Assembly (NCBI GenBank): GCA_963727445.1
Contig: CAVSGI010000006.1
Coordinates: 96,001 to 160,000 of the forward strand
Length of the DNA: 64,000 nt
Direction of reading: 5' to 3'
DNA from: an uncultured delta proteobacterium
GTDB taxonomy: Bacteria; Myxococcota_A; Polyangia; Polyangiales; B10-G4
Shown here piece by piece: positions 21,950-33,716 of the stretch (the first letter of the stretch is position 1; every line of letters starts with the position of its first letter). The notes beneath the pieces were generated by a model that was not told the origin of the DNA, searched no databases, and was given only the letters and a program-made list of their open reading frames with translations. A program made the translations under genes and the position numbers.

Positions 21950-22315
21950 ATGAAGGGCGAGGTTCGGAATCCCACTACCGTATGGCTGCTATCCATCGTG
22001 ACCTGCGGGCTCTACGGCCTCTATTGGTATTTCACGATGGGCAACGAGTTGAAGAACTACCTGGGCAAGGAGGATCTCAACCCGACGATGGACATCGTGA
22101 TCGCCCTGGTGTGCTTCCTCTACGCCTACTATCTGCCGATCAAGTACGGCAAGATCATCCAGGAGGCGCAGATGCGCGCCGGGATCCCCAACCCGGAGGA
22201 TCAAGGCGTGAAGTTCCTCTTGTTCATGTTCCTGTGCTGGTACCACTACGCCAAGATGCAGGAAGAGCTGAACAAGATCTGGGAGGCTGGTGGCGGCGCC
22301 CCGGCCACCTTCTGA
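21950..22315 (+). CDS. DUF4234-like membrane protein
   Basis: LLSIVTCGLYGLYW...ELKNY...MQEELNKIW. Confidence 0.75.
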   Translation: MKGEVRNPTTVWLLSIVTCGLYGLYWYFTMGNELKNYLGKEDLNPTMDIVIALVCFLYAYYLPIKYGKIIQEAQMRAGIPNPEDQGVKFLLFMFLCWYHYAKMQEELNKIWEAGGGAPATF

Positions 22316-22325
22316 GATCGCGCCC

Positions 22326-22841
22326 ATGAGTCGCACGACGCCCGACCCGGCTCCGCCGGCGTCGGGCGCCGTCGTTTCGGGGCAGAGTCGGGGTGAGCCG
22401 GCGACGGGCGTCACTGCGAAGAAAGTCGCGCAGGTGGCGGTACCACTCGCCATCCTGGGCCTGCTCATCGCGTCCGATCTCCTGCTCTGCCCCATCAAGC
22501 TCTTCTTCGGCTTTCCATGCCCCGGATGCGGCATGACCCGGGCGACCTTCGCCCTGATGCACGGTCACGTCCTCGAAGCGCTTCGTCTGCATCCGCTCGT
22601 CTGGCTGATCACGCCGCTGGTCTCGTGGACACTCCTGCGCGTGACACTGGTGAGCGCCGGCGTGCTCTCGCCGCGGAGCTTCGACCCGATGGACCGGCTG
22701 CCGAAGTGGTTCTGGTGGGCGTCGATGGCGCTGCTCCTCGGAGTGTGGGTGATCCGCCTCGCGGGGGGCCTCGGCGGTCCGCCGGATCCGATCGATCCCG
22801 CGGGCGGCCTCATCGCCCGCGCCTTTTCCCTCTTCGGCTGA
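22326..22841 (+). CDS. DUF2752-like membrane protein
   Basis: CPIKLFFGFPCPGCGMTRA...ALRLHPL. Confidence 0.8.
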   Translation: MSRTTPDPAPPASGAVVSGQSRGEPATGVTAKKVAQVAVPLAILGLLIASDLLLCPIKLFFGFPCPGCGMTRATFALMHGHVLEALRLHPLVWLITPLVSWTLLRVTLVSAGVLSPRSFDPMDRLPKWFWWASMALLLGVWVIRLAGGLGGPPDPIDPAGGLIARAFSLFG

Positions 22842-22844
22842 CGC

Positions 22845-23735
22845 TCAGAAACCGGCGAGCCGCTGTCGGAGCCAGCTTCCGGCGGGGCCCAGCGGTCGAT
22901 CGGCCCGCACGAGGGTGTGGAGCTGAACGTCGTGTCGTCCATCGGCCCAGGGAGCCGGCTCGAGGCGCACCAGCTCTCCGCGCGCGAGATGCGCTTCGAC
23001 CATCTCCACGGGCGCGTTGCCCCAGCCGACGCCCGCGACCAGCAGTTGGATCTTCAGGCCCATGTCGGTGACGCGCCAGGTCCGCGCCGACAGCACGCCG
23101 ATGTCGCTGGTGTGCGTCGAGCGCTCGCTCAGGACGACCTGGGTGTGCGGCTGGAGGCGATCGGCGCGCTGCGGCGCTGGCTCCTGCGCGAGTGGATGAG
23201 ACGGGGCGCACACCGGGATGAGGCGCACGCGTGGACCAGGGAGCGCGATCAAGGTCGGCTCGTGCATGCCCGCGAGGTTGCACAGGCCGAGCTCGGCGAT
23301 CCCCTCCCGCACGAGCGTCACGGCGCTGGAGAGGATGTCCGTCTGCAGTCGCAGCGAGACGGAGGGGAAGGCGGCGTGGAACTCCGAGAGCGCATCCGCG
23401 AGGGTCTCGAGGGGTAGGATGGAGTCGACCGCGACCGTGAGATGTGGCTCGAGCCCACCGCCGATGGCGCTGGCCACCTGACGAAGCTCGCGCGCCTGGG
23501 CCAGCACGAGCCGCGCCTCCGCGGCGAGACGCCGCCCGGGGTCGGTGAGCGCTGGGGGGCGCACGGCGCGATCGAAGAGCGTGGCGCCGAGGGTCTTTTC
23601 GAGGGTGGCGACGCTGTGGCTGACCGCTGACTGAACCCGGCCGAGTTGGCGCGCGGCGGCGCTGAAGCCGCCGTGCTCCACCACGGCGACAAAGGCCGTC
23701 AGCTGGTCCAGGGTGATGGGTTCGAACTCGTCCAT
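22845..23735 (-). CDS. LysR family transcriptional regulator
   Basis: TLDQLTAFVAVVEHGGFSAAARQLGRVQSAVSHSVATLE...LFDR. Confidence 0.93.
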   Translation of the reverse strand: MDEFEPITLDQLTAFVAVVEHGGFSAAARQLGRVQSAVSHSVATLEKTLGATLFDRAVRPPALTDPGRRLAAEARLVLAQARELRQVASAIGGGLEPHLTVAVDSILPLETLADALSEFHAAFPSVSLRLQTDILSSAVTLVREGIAELGLCNLAGMHEPTLIALPGPRVRLIPVCAPSHPLAQEPAPQRADRLQPHTQVVLSERSTHTSDIGVLSARTWRVTDMGLKIQLLVAGVGWGNAPVEMVEAHLARGELVRLEPAPWADGRHDVQLHTLVRADRPLGPAGSWLRQRLAGF

Positions 23736-23771
23736 CGATTATTTCGATGAAGCCAATCTAAATTACTCGAT
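23734..23771. promoter_or_regulatory. LysR operator in the divergent promoter
   Basis: Palindrome ATCGA-TTATT-TCGAT (23734-23748; T-N11-A) overlapping the LysR start codon; second ATC-N10-GAT at 23756-23771; AT-rich region. Confidence 0.7.
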
Positions 23772-23805
23772 TGTAATGATAGTGGAAGCGCAGGAAAAGC
23801 AGGGG

Positions 23806-24297
23806 ATGAGCGGTATCAAGGGTCTTCACCACAACGCATATCGGTGCCGCGATTCCGAGGAGACGCGGAAGTTCTACGAGGACTTTCTGGGCCTGCCGCT
23901 CGCGGGGTCCCTCCGTCTTCAGGAGACCAAGAGCGGCCGCGAGGTCGATGCGCTCCACACCTTCTATCGACTCGACGACGGGAGCTTCCTCGCGTTCTTC
24001 GAAGTGCCACAGGACCCCTACGAGTTCGTGGACCACGACGATTTCGATCTTCACATCGCGCTCGAGGTGGAGCGCGACCACATGATGAAGATGTTCGACG
24101 AGGGCAAAGCCGCGGGGATGGAAACCCGAGGCGTCTCGGATCACGAATTCATCGACTCCATCTACTTCCGGGATCCCAACGGCTACGTCATCGAGCTCAC
24201 GACGAAGCGCGACAATCACGACGAACGGATGGATCCGCAGAAGAACGAAGCCCGGGCGATCCTGGACCGCTGGCAATCGAACAAGCCCGGCCGCTGA
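23806..24297 (+). CDS. VOC/glyoxalase family protein
   Basis: LHHNAYRC...FYEDFLGL, LAFFE, HIALEV, SIYFRDPNGYVIEL. Confidence 0.88.
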   Translation: MSGIKGLHHNAYRCRDSEETRKFYEDFLGLPLAGSLRLQETKSGREVDALHTFYRLDDGSFLAFFEVPQDPYEFVDHDDFDLHIALEVERDHMMKMFDEGKAAGMETRGVSDHEFIDSIYFRDPNGYVIELTTKRDNHDERMDPQKNEARAILDRWQSNKPGR

Positions 24298-24315
24298 GAT
24301 GCATCGGGGGCGGGC

Positions 24316-25321
24316 GTGAGCCGGGAGGAACAGCGACTCGTCTTCACCGACGACCTGTCCGCCGCGCTGCCCCGGGAGCTCGACGCACTGCGCGCCAAGC
24401 GCGTGTTGCTGATCACCAGCCCCTCGCGTCGCTTCGTCGAACGAGCGCAGCGCGGTCTGGCCGGCCGTCGCGTGGAGCTCTTCGCCGAGGCCGAGGTCCA
24501 CGTGCCCGAGCGCGTGGTGACGCGGGCGCGAGACGCGATGCACGCGTGCCGAGCCGACACCCTGCTGGCCCTCGGCGGCGGTTCGGCCATCGGCCTCGCC
24601 AAGGCCCTGTGCCTCGAGGACGACGCGAAGCTCGTCGCGATCCCCACGACCTATTCGGGCTCCGAGCGCACGGCAATCTACGGCATCACGCGAGGCGGCG
24701 AGAAGGTGACCGGCAGGGACGCGCGCGTCCGCCCGGACGTGGTGATCTACGACCCCCACCTGACCCTCGATGTATCCGCGGCCCTCACCACCCAGTCGCT
24801 CCTCAACGCCCTGGCGCACCCCATCGCGGCCATGAGCACCAGCTCGGACCCCGCCCTCCGGCAGCGTGCCACGGGCGCGATCGCGCGGCTCGTGACGTGC
24901 GCGGCCGAGCTCGTCCGTTCCCCGCGTTCCATCGCTGCACGGCGTGCCGCGCTCGAGGCCACGGCGCTCGCGGGGAGCATCATCGACGTCGCCGAGCTCG
25001 GCGAGCACCACCGCCTCGCGCACTTCCTCGGCGGGCGCTTCGGGCTTCCTCACGCGGCCGTCCACAGCGTCCTGTTGCCGCAGACGCTCTCCAATCTCCG
25101 CGCGAGCGGCGCCCGAGGTCTACGCCGCCATCGCCGAAGCCGCCGGCGACGCCAATCTGCCGGCGCGTCTCTTCGACCTCCTCCGAGAGGCGGGTGCGCC
25201 GACCTCGCTCGCTGCCCTCGGTCTCTCGGAGGGCGCCCTCGAGGGCGCGATGTCCGAGCGCGAGGAGCTCTCCACCGAGACCCTGTTTCGCGCGCTCGAG
25301 GGCGTCCGGCCCGTCGCTTGA
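24316..25321 (+). CDS. Iron-containing alcohol dehydrogenase / maleylacetate reductase-like; frameshift near 25110
   Basis: [52 protein letters not shown]-terminus continues in the 24944..25321 frame. Confidence 0.8.
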
Positions 25322-26889
<1,568 letters not shown>

Positions 26890-26948
26890 CGAGAGCGATG
26901 GATAGTCGAGTCCACCCGCGGGCTCAAGGCCGGCCGCGTCCGCTCTCC

Positions 26949-28298
26949 TCAGGCGGCGGAGAGGGCGGTGACGAAGCGGTCGAGGTCGGCCTTTTCGTGC
27001 TTTTCGGTGACCGCGACCAGGAAGTCGTTACCGTGCTCCGGATAGAAGAGGCCGAGGTCGACGCCGGCGAGGACGCCCTGTGCGGCGAGCGAAGCGAGGA
27101 GCGGCGCCGCCAGGCCGTCCTGTCGCCGCACGACGAACTCGTTGAAGGTCGGCGCGGCGAAGGGGACGTCGAAGCCGTCCAGGGAGCGGATGCTCTCCTT
27201 GAGATACTCGGCGCGGCTCAAGCAGATGCGTCCGGCTTCTTCGAAACCGCTTCGCCCGAGCATCGCGGTGCGAATGGTGAGGGCGAGCGCGATGAGCCCG
27301 TGGTTGGTGCAGATGTTGGAGGTCGCGCGCTCGCGGCGGATGTGCTGCTCGCGGGTCGAGAGCGTCAGCACGTAGCCCCGGCGGTCGTCGCTGTCGACGG
27401 TCTCGCCCACCAGGCGCCCCGGCATCTGCCGCACGAACTCCTGCTTGCAGGCGAAGAGCCCCACGCCCGGCCCGCCGAGCTGCGGCGGGACCGCCAGCGG
27501 CTGCCCCTCGCCCACGGCGATGTCCGCGCCGTAGGCGCCCGGCGGCTTGAGGAGCGACAGCGCGTAGGGCTCCGCAGTGGCGGTGACGAGCAGGGTGCCG
27601 TGCTTCGACGCGAGCTCGCGAACCCGCGAAAGATCCTCCACGCATCCGAAGAAGTTGGGGTAGCCGACGACCACCGCCGCGGTCTTTTCGTCGACCGCTT
27701 CGGCGAGCGCGTCGTAATCCGTTCGCCCGTCCGCGGCGTGCTTCACCACCACGACCTCGGGCCCCTCGAGGCCCGAGAGGTAGGTGCGGGTCGTCTCGCT
27801 GTACTCGGGGTGCAGCGCGTCGCTCAAGACGATCCGCTCGCGCTTCGTCGATGCGCCGCGCCATCAGCACCGCTTCGGCGGCCGCGCTCGCCCCGTCGTA
27901 CATGGAGGCGTTGGCGACATCGAGCCCGAAGAGCTCGACAGACCATGGTCTGGAACTCGAAGATGCTCTGCAGCGTGCCCTGCGACGACCTCCGCCTGGT
28001 AGGGCGTGTACGCCGTGTAGAACTCGCTCCGCATGAGCAGCTGATCCATCGCCGGCGGGACGTGGTGGTCGTAGATCCCGCCGCCCAGGAACGACAGCGC
28101 GCGGGCGGCGTCGTTGGCGTCGGCCAGCGACGACAGGTGCTTCGTCAGGCGGACCTCGTCGAGGGCCGGCTCGAGATCGAGCGGGCGGCCCAGACGGTTC
28201 GCTTCGGGGATGGACGCGAAGAGCGCGTCGATGGAGTCGATGCCGATCCGCGAGAGCATCTCGCGGATCTCCGCGTCGGTATGAGGGAGGTACCGCAT
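26949..28298 (-). CDS. gcvPA: Glycine dehydrogenase subunit 1; frameshifted
   Basis: [63 protein letters not shown]. Confidence 0.9.
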
Positions 28299-28313
28299 GC
28301 TTTCGGTCGTCGC

Positions 28314-28706
28314 TCAGTCGAGGCTGCCGAGGAACTCTTCGTAGGCGGCGGCGTCCATGAGGCGCTCGAGCTCGCCCGGGTCGCTCATCTTGATGGCGAC
28401 CATCCAGCCCTCTTCGTAGGGGCCTTCGTTGACGGGCTCGGGGCTGGTCCTCGAGCTCTCCGTTCACCTCGACGACTTCGCCGCTGACGGGGGCGAAGAG
28501 CTCGCTGACTGTCTTGACCGACTCGATGTCGCCGAAGCGCTCGTGCGCCTGCACGTCGGTCCCGACCGCGGGCAGATCCACCAGGGTGACGTCGCCGAGC
28601 TGCATCGACGGCGTATGCGGTGATCGCCGACGCGGACGACGTCGCCCTCGACCCGGGCCCACTCGTGGTCCTTCGTGTACTTCAGCTCGTTGGGGTAGTG
28701 CGCCAT
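28314..28706 (-). CDS. gcvH: Glycine cleavage H protein; frameshifted
   Basis: [20 protein letters not shown], lipoyl motif [21 protein letters not shown]; ends [11 protein letters not shown]. Confidence 0.9.
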
Positions 28707-29820
<1,114 letters not shown>

Positions 29821-30012
29821 GGCTGGCGGAACGTAGCCCCGTTCCCTTTCAGTCGCAATGGTCTCCGCGGCGAGGCGAATTGCCGCAACCAGTTCCACTC
29901 TGCCTCGTCCCACCGCGACATGGTTGTCATGGTTTGTCGCGGCCCCCGAGGCGATCGCGCGTGCACCCCGGGGAGTTGTTCGCGGCATGATTCGTGCAGC
30001 CATTTCGGGGCG

Positions 30013-30180
30013 ATGGCGCGCGTGGTGACAGTCCTGACTTGGACGGCGATCCTCACTCTTCCCGGCGGAGTTCTGCTCCTGCCCGTGGTCGCTGCGCGCT
30101 ACTTCAAGAAGCGAAACGAAGAGCTGCCCCGCAGCGAAGGGGAGGAGCCGGCCCGCGACTCCGAACCCGAAGCCGCCTGA
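30013..30180 (+). CDS. Small membrane protein
   Basis: 55 aa; hydrophobic LTWTAILTLPGGVLLLPVV followed by a charged tail. Confidence 0.4.
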   Translation: MARVVTVLTWTAILTLPGGVLLLPVVAARYFKKRNEELPRSEGEEPARDSEPEAA

Positions 30181-30229
30181 GGCGCAACTCGCTCGCCTTC
30201 GACCCGATAACGCCTCCCGGAGGGAGGCG

Positions 30230-31756
30230 ATGGACTTGCGAACACCACGGACCGATCTGGTGGCGCTTCCGGCGGAGCCGAGGGGCGAGGAGACCTTTCT
30301 GGTGGTGGAGGCGGGGGGCCGAAGGCGGCTGCGTCTGGGCGATCGCCCGGTGCACGTGGGTTCCGACCCGGACCAGAACGACCTGGTGGTCTTCGATCCG
30401 ACCGTCAGCGCCCGCCACTTCCGCCTCGAGCCGACCTTCGATGGGTGGGTGATCCGCGACCTCGACAGCCGAAACGGCACCTGGGTCGAGGGGCTGGCGG
30501 TGGAGGTCGCGCGGATTCGGCTCGGCGCTCGGGTCCGCATCGGACGGACGAACCTCCGTATCGAGCGCGGCAGCCATGCGGCACAGGGGCTGAGCCTCGT
30601 CGCGGCATCGGACGAGATGAAGTGGGTGCTGGCGGAGGCGGAGCGCTTCGCTCAGGTCTCGTGGCCAGCCCTGGTGGTCGGGCCGAGCGGCGCAGGCAAG
30701 GAGGGCGTGGCCCGGACGCTGCACCAGGCCGGCCCTCGGGCGGACGGGCCTTTCGTGGCCGTCAACGCCGGGGGGCTGGCGCCGAGCCTGGTCGAGAGCG
30801 AGCTCTTCGGTCACGAGAAGGGGGCCTTCACCGGCGCCGACGTGGATCGGCGGGGTGTCTTCGAGCAGGCCTCGGGCGGCACGCTCTTTCTCGACGAGAT
30901 CGGCGAGCTGCCCATCGAGCTGCAGGCGCGGCTGTTGCGGGTCCTCGAGACCGGCGAGGTGCGGCGGGTCGGCGCGGAGCATTCCCTCGGGGTGGACGTG
31001 CGCGTGGTGGGGGCGACGCATCGGGACCTGATCGCCCAGGTCCACGCAGGGGCCTTCCGTGAAGACCTCTTCTTCCGCCTCAGCCGCCTGGTCATCCGGG
31101 TGCCCAGCCTGGCGGAGCGGCCCGCGGACATCCCCGCCCTGGCGGCGCACTTCCTCGAGGCCGTCGAAGCGGAGGTGGGCCGTCGCCGCCTCTCGAAGGC
31201 CGCGATCGAGCGCCTGCTCGCGCACCCCTGGGTGGGCAACGCGCGGGAGCTTCGGAACGTGGTGACGAGCGCCGCCCTCTGCACGCCGGGGGAGGTGATC
31301 CAGGCGAGCGACATCACGTATCAGATCGGGCGGCTCTCTCCCCCGGCGCCTCCGCCGTCGCTCGAGGTGCTCGAGGGCGTGGTGGCTCGTCACAATGGAA
31401 ACATCGCCGCGGCGGCGCGCGCCCTCGGTGTGCCGCGCTCCACCCTTCGCGATCGGATCGAAGGGGCCGCGGCGCGCCACCCCCCGAGAGGGTGTGGGTG
31501 TGGGGGAGGTCGCTTGAAGCGCTCAGCGTCCGAGCACGCGCCCGAGCCAGCGCCGGGCTTCCCTTTGCCGCATGCCGAGGAGCTCGCGTCCCACGGTCAC
31601 GACCTTGCGCATGGCCGCGGTCTTGGAGTGGCCGGCGCGCCGGGGACGGCAGGCGATGGTGACAGTGCGGGTGCCGAGGCCGGATGCCTTGGCGCGGATC
31701 GGGAACTCGAAGTTCAAGAAGAAGGAGTCGGGCGGAAGCTCTTCGGGGACGAATAG
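30230..31756 (+). CDS. FHA-domain sigma54-dependent enhancer-binding protein
   Basis: FHA ([16 protein letters not shown]), [48 protein letters not shown], Fis HTH; the true 3' end is probably near 31517 because the ORF runs into the GT2 gene. Confidence 0.9.
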   Translation: MDLRTPRTDLVALPAEPRGEETFLVVEAGGRRRLRLGDRPVHVGSDPDQNDLVVFDPTVSARHFRLEPTFDGWVIRDLDSRNGTWVEGLAVEVARIRLGARVRIGRTNLRIERGSHAAQGLSLVAASDEMKWVLAEAERFAQVSWPALVVGPSGAGKEGVARTLHQAGPRADGPFVAVNAGGLAPSLVESELFGHEKGAFTGADVDRRGVFEQASGGTLFLDEIGELPIELQARLLRVLETGEVRRVGAEHSLGVDVRVVGATHRDLIAQVHAGAFREDLFFRLSRLVIRVPSLAERPADIPALAAHFLEAVEAEVGRRRLSKAAIERLLAHPWVGNARELRNVVTSAALCTPGEVIQASDITYQIGRLSPPAPPPSLEVLEGVVARHNGNIAAAARALGVPRSTLRDRIEGAAARHPPRGCGCGGGRLKRSASEHAPEPAPGFPLPHAEELASHGHDLAHGRGLGVAGAPGTAGDGDSAGAEAGCLGADRELEVQEEGVGRKLFGDE

Positions 31757-32236
31757 CCGGCGGCGAAAGAGGTATGGGCCGTCGCTCCGAATGCGCACGC
31801 CATGCACCAGGAGGATCAAGGTCCGGACGCCCACCGAGAGGATCTGGCGATGAAGGCCGTCGTCGCGATCCTCGTAGACGCTGAGGACCACGTCCACGTC
31901 CTCGCCCTCGGCCGCGGAGCGCAGCGCGCCGATGGCCTCGGGCGCGATCTGCCCGTCGGCGGGCAGGAAGGTGACCCACTCGCCACGCGCATGGGCGACG
32001 CCGGTCTTGAGACCCGCGCCCATGCCGCGGTTCGACGGGTGGCGCACGACGGTGCCCGCGCGGTTTCCGAGCACCTGTCGGGCGCGCTCGGCGGTGGCGT
32101 CGTGCGAGCCGTCGTCGACGATCACCACCTCGGCGTCGGGCTCGTGGGCGTCGAGCCACGCGAAGAGCTCTTCGAGAACGGCGCCGATGTTCTCTTCTTC
32201 GTCGTAGGCGAGGACGACGATGGACAGATCGCTCAC
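31523..32236 (-). CDS. Glycosyltransferase family 2 (polyprenol-phosphate sugar synthase-like)
   Basis: LSIVVLAYDEEENI, VDDGSHDAT, NRGMGAGLKTG, FLPADGQ, RRAGHSK; GTGA overlap. Confidence 0.85.
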   Translation of the reverse strand: MSDLSIVVLAYDEEENIGAVLEELFAWLDAHEPDAEVVIVDDGSHDATAERARQVLGNRAGTVVRHPSNRGMGAGLKTGVAHARGEWVTFLPADGQIAPEAIGALRSAAEGEDVDVVLSVYEDRDDGLHRQILSVGVRTLILLVHGVRIRSDGPYLFRRRLFVPEELPPDSFFLNFEFPIRAKASGLGTRTVTIACRPRRAGHSKTAAMRKVVTVGRELLGMRQREARRWLGRVLGR

Positions 32237-32748
32237 GGTCTTTCCCGGACGACCTTCGCGGGACTTCCGACCGCCACCGCGTAGGCGGGCACGTCGCGGG
32301 TGACCACCGCGCCGGCCCCGATCTGGGCCCCTCGGCCGATGCGCACGCCGGGCAGGACGACGGCCGAGACGCCGATGTCCGCGTCGTCTTCGATCACGAC
32401 CTCGGCGAAGTCGATGGGCGAAAAGAGGATGGGGGTTTCGCGGCCCGCCTCGGCGTGCCTCGAGGTGATGATGCGGACGCCGGGCCCGATCCCCACCCGC
32501 GCGCCGATGCGCAGCCCGCCTGCCGAGTGGAAGAAGCACTGCTGGCCGATCCAGGTCTCGTCTCCGATGTGCATCTCGCGCTCGTAGTAGCCCTTCAGGA
32601 TCGTCTGATGGCCGACGTAGACGTTGTCGCCGAGATGGACCTTGTCGGGGTGGAAGACGAGAACGCCAGCCTCGAAGACGCAGCCTTCGCCCGCGCTGGC
32701 GAGGTCGCTGGGCACGAAGGCGCCGGTGCCGTGGCTGCGATGCCGCAT
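32233..32748 (-). CDS. Hexapeptide-repeat acyltransferase
   Basis: IGDETWIG, IGARVGIGPGVRI, VVLPGVRIGRGAQIGAGAVVTRDVP...GSPAKV. Confidence 0.9.
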   Translation of the reverse strand: MRHRSHGTGAFVPSDLASAGEGCVFEAGVLVFHPDKVHLGDNVYVGHQTILKGYYEREMHIGDETWIGQQCFFHSAGGLRIGARVGIGPGVRIITSRHAEAGRETPILFSPIDFAEVVIEDDADIGVSAVVLPGVRIGRGAQIGAGAVVTRDVPAYAVAVGSPAKVVRERP

Positions 32749-32759
32749 CGCGGGAGAGT

Positions 32760-33716
32760 CTACGATTTTTCAGGCCGAGAGAGGGGGATCGCGAGCTGCA
32801 GGAGCCCGCCCACCGCGCCCAGGCCGAGTTGGATCGCGAACAGGACCAGAGAAGCGGCGGCGGCGTCGGCGGCGTCCATGCCGAGCGCGAGGGAGCACAG
32901 GACGACGAAGGCGGCTTCGCGCGCGCCGGCGCCGCCGACGGTGAGGGGGAAGAAGGCCGCGGCGCTGGCGACGGGGACGACGACGAGGGCGTCGGTGAAG
33001 GTGACCTCGGCCGAGATCGCATGCAGCACGAGGAAGCCGGTCAAGGCCGTGCCGATCTGCGTGACGAGCGAGATGGCGAGCCCGCCCGCGAGGCCGACCG
33101 GGCGCGCGAGGGGAGGGAGCTGCTCGAGGCGCGTGCGCAAGAAGCGCGGTGCGAGGCGCGCCCAGCGGCGGCTGGCCGCGATGGCGACGACGGCGAAGAG
33201 CGCGCCCGCGAGGCCGGCGCCGCCGAGGATCGACCCGCTCGTGAAACCGTTCAGCGGGTGGATCACCAGGACCGACCCTGCGACCAGGAGCAGCCCCGCG
33301 AGTCCGAGGACACGCTCGACGAAGACCACCGTGAGCGAGCGCGTCACCCCGGCTTCGCCGAAGCTCTCGCGTCCGACGACACCGCGCACCACGTCGCCTC
33401 CGAGTCCGCCCGGCAGGAAGCTGTTGTAGAAGAGCGCGACCAGATAGAGGTAGTAGAGGCGCGAGAGCGGAGGGCGCTTCGCAGCGCCGTAGGCCCAGAG
33501 GACGACCCGCCAGCGCACCGAGCCCACGCCGAGGTTGAGCGCCATCACCGCGAAGACCAGCGGGGGGACGTAGCTGGGCAGCGAGAGCGCGACGGAGAGG
33601 AGCTCGGCCGGGTCGGCGAGCGACAGGACGTACAGGAGCCCCGCGAGCGTGCCCGTGATCCGCAGCGCGAGGCCGACGTGCCGCCGCCTCTTCGAGGCCT
33701 TCGAATCGTCGCTCAT
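32760..33716 (-). CDS. LPG-synthase TM / flippase-like membrane protein (UPF0104)
   Basis: RWRVVL, FYNSFLPGGLGGDVVR, VFVERVLG, PLTVGGAGAREA. Confidence 0.85.
   Translation of the reverse strand: MSDDSKASKRRRHVGLALRITGTLAGLLYVLSLADPAELLSVALSLPSYVPPLVFAVMALNLGVGSVRWRVVLWAYGAAKRPPLSRLYYLYLVALFYNSFLPGGLGGDVVRGVVGRESFGEAGVTRSLTVVFVERVLGLAGLLLVAGSVLVIHPLNGFTSGSILGGAGLAGALFAVVAIAASRRWARLAPRFLRTRLEQLPPLARPVGLAGGLAISLVTQIGTALTGFLVLHAISAEVTFTDALVVVPVASAAAFFPLTVGGAGAREAAFVVLCSLALGMDAADAAAASLVLFAIQLGLGAVGGLLQLAIPLSRPEKS

Noticed and set aside
29880..29900. Possible sigma54 promoter TGGAACTGGTTGC on the minus strand
   Set aside because: GG-GC spacing is 8 nt rather than the required 10
29821..30012. Possible glycine riboswitch upstream of gcvT
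   Set aside because: No GGAGA/CCGAAG/CTCAGG aptamer motifs seen; a TACGTT box 9 nt before the start suggests almost no leader
31470..31756. C-terminal extension of the sigma54 activator overlapping GT2 by 234 bp
   Set aside because: Probably read-through from another indel; an out-of-frame TGA lies at 31515-31517
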